Part shown: positions 56,425-64,000 of the stretch, piece by piece
Numbering within the stretch: position 1 is the stretch's first letter
Layout of the letters: every line of letters starts with the position of its first letter
Source: the human T2T-CHM13v2.0 reference genome, Homo sapiens
Direction: 5' to 3' (one strand)
Assembly (NCBI RefSeq): GCF_009914755.1
Contig: NC_060932.1
DNA length: 64,000 bases
Notes under the pieces: model-generated
Database searches by the model: none
What the model was told of the DNA's origin: nothing
The model's input: the letters and a program-made list of their open reading frames with translations, nothing else
Program-made: the position numbers and the translations under genes

Positions 56425-59400
56425 TCATTTCTCCCATAACATGTAATGCTTTTTATAGTGATTTGGTCACTGCTGAGCTATCTTCATTTAATGTGGTTTT
56501 GACAGAATAGTTGGTCAGGAAAATTTATTTTCAATTAAAATAACTTGTTGAACTGTCTCGGTTTTGAAAGGATTCCGTTAGGATGGCTAATTATATAGCG
56601 GTTGCTACAAGGAGATATTTGCACTCAATTTCAGCTCTTAGGTAATTCAAATCAAATGCTTGAGATTTTCCTCCCTGGAGCTGTGTGCAACCATCTTCCT
56701 CTCACACTGCAGGCTTCCCATGAGTTATTTTTAGAAACCCAAATTTAAGCAGCAATTTTGGCAGAGCCATTTCTAGTCTAGTGGAGTAAACCATATGTAC
56801 TGATAAATGCAGCCAAAGAGTTAGTTTCTTTAAAAAGTAACAAAACCATCTCTCTCCGTTCATGGGGGTTATATGTTTACAAACTGCAAACTATCCGTTG
56901 TACTATTATATTCATTTGTGAACTCTAGCTGAAGTGAGAGATCATGGATATTACTTTAAAATTACAAAGATGTGTCCTTTTGCAAACTGTTGTCATAATA
57001 CTCTTTTTTTTTCAAGATGGCAGGCCTTGGCAGAATTGACTGGAGACTCTGTTTTGGCCTTTGGATTTCCCGTGAAACATGGAGATCCCTTTCTTTATTT
57101 TCCTACTCTGCTCTGATTTCTTCATTCACCAGAGCACTTGTAATATATCTCATCATGCTTATAAGCAGGAAACCTCCTCCTTCTGTGTTAGAACATATTC
57201 TTGTGGTCAGGGGCTGGATTTTTTTACCTTCTTCATGCCTGGCACATAATAGATGCTCAAATAGTGCATGAATAGATCGATGAATCATTAAAATTATATT
57301 TCTATTTTCTCCTTTTTTTTAAAAAAAAATCTTTTATTACGTAAATATTAAATGATTGCATTCATTTCGGAAAAATTAAAAATTTTCCACAAAAGGCCAA
57401 AGTCCTTTTAGCTCACCCATCTTCAATCCTTGTCTCCTCATTAGTTCTGTGTAGGTCATGTTTGTTATCTTTTAGAGCACATTCCTGCAGACCATTCTAA
57501 TTCATTTAAGTGTATACGCATGCACATATACACACTGAGTACTATTGTGTACACCTCTGGTAGAGTATTTTGCAGTTTACCCCTTTTCACTCAGCAATAT
57601 ATTGAGGAGTGCTATCCATGGTAGCCACTCTATTCTTTTTAACTGCTACATTGTTCTATTGTTTCATGTGGATGTACCCACCTTTTATTTGGACCAAATA
57701 CACAAATTATTTATCTGCTTTCCCATTCATTATACTTACAGATCGCTTCTCTTGTATAAGTTGACAAACCCAGCCAGGTTCACTGCTATCTTTTGGTAGC
57801 TACAACACATTTTATCAAAATCAGCCACTTGCCTTAGAAATTATATCAAACCAGTAGACAGATTATGTAAAATTCGAAGTGTTGTCAGAGGGACCAGAGT
57901 TTCCTTTGTCCTCACAGTCTAGAGAAGTACCCTGTGCTCTGGGAACCCCACAGGGTTGGATAGTGAGTGATGCTGACCACCACTCACTCTGTGTTGTGAC
58001 ACAGTGATCTGGTGTCTGCTCTGCCCACAGCCAGCTGGGTTTCCTTGAGCAGATCATTTCTTCTCCCGGGACGTTACTTCTCTTATCTGCACAATGGACC
58101 CAGTGAGCAGCCTGAAGCTCTTTAGACTGAATAACTGGGCCTACACACTGCCACCAGGATTGACATAAAGAATGTCCTGTTAGCTCACCCTTCACTATAT
58201 GTTGGGGTGGGGAAGGGCAATTCCTGATAAAGTTCCAAGCTCCAGCCCAGAGCTCTGAGCTGAGACAATGTCTCAAAGAGCCCATGAGTGGCAAGGAATG
58301 TATTGTCTTCAGATTTTCCTCCTCTTTCCTACTATTTTACCATCCAATTAAAATGAATATATATTTTTTTCTTTTGCTTAGGTTTGTCTTTGTTCTAAGC
58401 AAGGCAGTATGATGATGGGAAAAAAGGTTGTGGACCCCTGAATTCTACTTCCAAAGTTGTTTAATTCTAGCTGTGTGTTCTTAGGCGAGTCGCTTACCTT
58501 CTCTGGGCTTCCGTCTATTGACATCACAATTCCCAGTGAGCCAGGTATCCACTAAAATGACACTGAAAAGTTGAAAACCACACTCGCTTATGAGTGATTC
58601 ATTTGGCATTTGTGAGCCTTGTCACCTGCAAATAGGTCATCTCATGAACTGATGAGGCATCCTCAGAGACCACGAGAGCCCATGAAATCTTCTTGTTTCA
58701 CAGGAGAATTTGCAGCTGTCCTGGCCCCTGGTGACACATGCTAAGCCCTTCAGGGGCTTCTGAGAGAGGCCCAGAGAAGGTGCTGAGCTGCCATGATTCA
58801 CAGGTGAAGTTTTCTCACCTAGGCCCTGAGGCTTTGTGGTGGATCCACGGCAAAGGGTATTCCCCTGCTTTGAGGCTCAGGACCACAGAGGTCACAGGAT
58901 CTGATTCAGATGCCAGCGGGTTTCCCTAGGGGGCCCAATGAGGCTTTCCATGTAGGGCAAGAGTTATGGCTCCCTGCTGGGTGTTTCACATGGGTCAGCA
59001 GACTCAATGTGGTTCTGAAGGTGAAAGGTCAGTGTAAATGGGTGTGAAGCCACGTGGGAGGCATAGCCCATCTAAGTGTCTGGGGTTTTGGTTCCCCTAG
59101 TCCCAGAACTTTGTTTTTTGCCCCTACTGTGAGTTTCTGTTCCTGAACACCCCTTAGTTAAGTGTTCCCTGGTTGAGCAGGTTTCTACCAAAGGAGACCA
59201 AAGCTCAGTGCTTTTCCGCTGCTGAGCTCGCTGGGGTAGGTGACTAACCCTCTCCTAGCATCTGCTTCCTAACCTGCTTGGGCTTCAGGGGGTGAAATGA
59301 GATTCTGCAATAGGTGCTCAATCCACATTTCTTTTATTTCCCTTTTCCTGTTTTATATGGAAAAAAAACTCATAATTTTATAAGCACTGAATCTATAACT

Positions 59401-60675
59401 GAGCTTCCAAAAACCCACCCTGGGCATTTTTTCACATTAACCAAGATAAACCAAAAAGGCAGTACCACGAATAGAGAAAATGTCATTAGGAAGGTGTACA
59501 TGATAAATTCGTTTTTTAAAACAGGAATGGTGATCGTTTCCATTTATCAAGCCTCTCTGCAAATTTTTCAGCAGCTGCCTTCCTCATTTTAATAAAATGC
59601 TTGCAGATCTGGTTTGCATTTTTGTAGATAAATGTAGAACAAGTCACATTGACACTCCCTACATCTGATCATCCTCCCAGCCATCAATACCATTTTCATT
59701 CACAGCCTGGAATCTTTAAGAAATGAGTCAACCTGACCTATGATTCACAGATACTTGATCTGAAATGCTTGGTGGTGTGGGGTTGGTGGATGGGGTAGAA
59801 ACAAAAATAAATTTCCTGACACCAAAAGTCAGTTCAAGTGAACTAGAATGGGCAGAGAGGGGTCGTGGGGATGGTTCCTGCCCTTCAGGAGCTGCACTTC
59901 CAAGTCTGACTTAGGGTGATCACACATCCAGGCTTGCTGGTGGAGCTTCAGTTTATGCCTGTGGTCCCAGCCTCTTAAACAGTTAGCGTGCCTGTCCACG
60001 ATTAGAAATGTCACACGTTGGAAGATGTAGGGTTCTGAGGAGAGTAGAGTGGCAGTTCTTAAAGGCCAGAGATAACATTTAATCATGTGTATCTCCAGTG
60101 CCTAGCCTCTTGTAAGAAATTAATACATAAATGCTTGCTGGGTAGGCGAGTGAGTGAGTAAGTGGTTTCTTAAACTCCCCTCCTTGTTCTCTAAATTATT
60201 TCTCATTTTTCTTTGCATGTTTGAAGCACCTGGTGACTCTACTGGGTTCTCAATAAGTATATTTTGAATAAGCCAGAGGTTCAGAGATCAGTTTCTTACT
60301 TGCTTGTAAGCAACCCCATGCTCTCTAGCTCTGCGACTTTGAGTGGGTTAGCCCAGATTACTTAGAACTTAGTACTAAGAACAGTGGCTTCCACGTAGTC
60401 AGTTCCTAAGAAATGGTAATGGAGGAGGTGGAGGTGGTGTTATTGTTATTAGCCATCTAGCTTTACTGCCAGTTTTTGTCTTTTCTCCCCCTAACTGTAG
60501 GAATCGTAGACTATATATATATAAGACCTCATATATATTTTTAGAAGATAAGTCAAATATAAGAAATTGAAAAAATGAATAAAATAGTTATCCTAATCTT
60601 GTGCCCTTGGTAACATACTATCAATTATCATTATCAATGTGCTATACCCCATTTATGTCCGTTTATACCAGTGTT

Positions 60676-60890
60676 GACAGGGTCTCACTTTGTTGCCTAG
60701 GCTGCCATGCAGTGGCGCAAACATGGCTCACTGCAGCCTCGACGTCCTGGGCTCAAGCAATTCTCCCACCTCAGCACCCCCCGAGTAGCTGGGACTATAG
60801 GCACCAGCCACCACACTTGGCTAGTTAGGGTTTTTTTGTTTTGTTTTGTTTTTGGGTTTTTTCCTTTTCTTTTCTTTTTTTTTTTTTTTT
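60676..60890 (-). mobile_element. Partial AluJ (right arm)
   Basis: gacagggtctcactttgttgcctaggctg...ctcactgcagcctcgacgtcctgggctcaagc. Confidence 0.85.
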
Positions 60891-61169
60891 TACATAGTTG
60901 TTATCTTAAGGTGATTTCCAATTTTTTTTTCCATTTACATTTTTCCACAAGCATTGTCCACTTTATTCTGTAACCTTTTCAACTACCATTTTGAAATTTG
61001 CTTTTATCCATGTGGTTGTTTGTGATGAACTACAGGTTGCTGACTTTCTTCCCCTTCTGTAAATAAAGTTTTCTTCCTAGTATGTCCTGTATCTCAAGAG
61101 GATCTCATCAGTGGAATCATTAGATCAAAGGATATGACTGTTGCTCAGCTCTCTGTGTGTATGTAAATT

Positions 61170-63130
<1,961 letters not shown>

Positions 63131-63134
63131 GACA

Positions 63135-63340
63135 TACCACAGATTGTTTATCTATTCACTTATTGAAGGACATCTTAGTTGCTTCCAATTTTTGGCAACT
63201 ACAAATAAAGGTGCTACAGACATTCGTACATAGGTTTTTGTGGGAAGAGGAAATCTACTCATTTGGGTAGACACCAAGGAGCGCAATTATTGGATCACAT
63301 GGTGAGACTATGTTTAGCTCATTAGGAAACTGCCATAGCT
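63135..63340 (-). mobile_element. Second L1M fragment homologous to 61978-62190
   Basis: taccacag...tgaaggacatcttagttgcttcca...tttttggcaa...taggtttttgtg. Confidence 0.75.
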
Positions 63341-64000
63341 ATATGTTTTTTGCATTTGTTCAGAGATTTTTCGTTACAATGTCACTAACATGATTAATCC
63401 TCAGAATAAACCTTTGGGTTGGGGGTTATTAGCCTTGCCTTCTGGCTAATGTTATTAAATGTTATTGCTGAAAGAAACCCTGAAGGTTCCTAAGCCTCTA
63501 AGCTTTCTGAGTGTGAGATCCACATCCCCTATCACTGCTCTTCTATGGCTTCCATGGCACCGTGAGTATAATAGTTGCTGAATTAGTGTCCACTACACAC
63601 TGAATACCAATAATGGAAAAACCACTTCACTGTACAGATGAAAACACAAAGGTCCCAAAACGAGAAATGAGATACTTCTGGCCAAACGGCATTTTAACTA
63701 GTAACAGAACCAAGGCTAAAACTAAACTATTGTAGATCCGTAGACCTGTATTTTGAGCCACCAGTCCTTGACTCGCTACATTCAAGCAAGACAAGCTGGA
63801 AGATTCTTAAATCTGTAATTAGTATTGTATTGAACACCCCCCCTCACTTTCAGGCCTACCCACTACTGACTGCCATTACCAGATAGCCCAAAGACGCCCA
63901 AAATGGTGTTCTAATCTGAGTACAAGGCCACTATAGCTACAAAGTCTCATAGGGTAATGAGTGATAATAGCAGTGACAACAATAATAAAAATAGCCAAGA

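Overview
This is primate, human-like, non-coding genomic DNA (intergenic or deep intronic). About 21 Alu loci are present, including two AluY copies that point to a catarrhine/hominoid genome. The window also carries many MIR and L2 fragments, MLT1/MLT2 solo LTRs, old L1M fragments (one retaining recognisable ORF2p peptide), hAT-type MER DNA transposons, microsatellites and a ~1 kb degenerate (TG)n array. I find no credible protein-coding gene, RNA gene, CRISPR array or other prokaryote-like system; the ORFs I examined are explained by repeats, low complexity or chance. I cannot name the locus from sequence alone, and repeat subfamily calls are from recalled consensus features, not a RepeatMasker run. 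The unique DNA between repeats holds several enhancer-like motif clusters (DR1/CDX/TCF, ARE, X-box, CRE, GAS, CTCF-like) and three weak non-coding exon candidates. The most unusual structural observations are a duplicated ~71 bp hairpin-forming unit spaced 600 bp apart, a multi-arm composite AluJ enclosed by one TSD pair, two Alus lacking TSDs and two abutting hAT ends. None of these demonstrates a new biological system.
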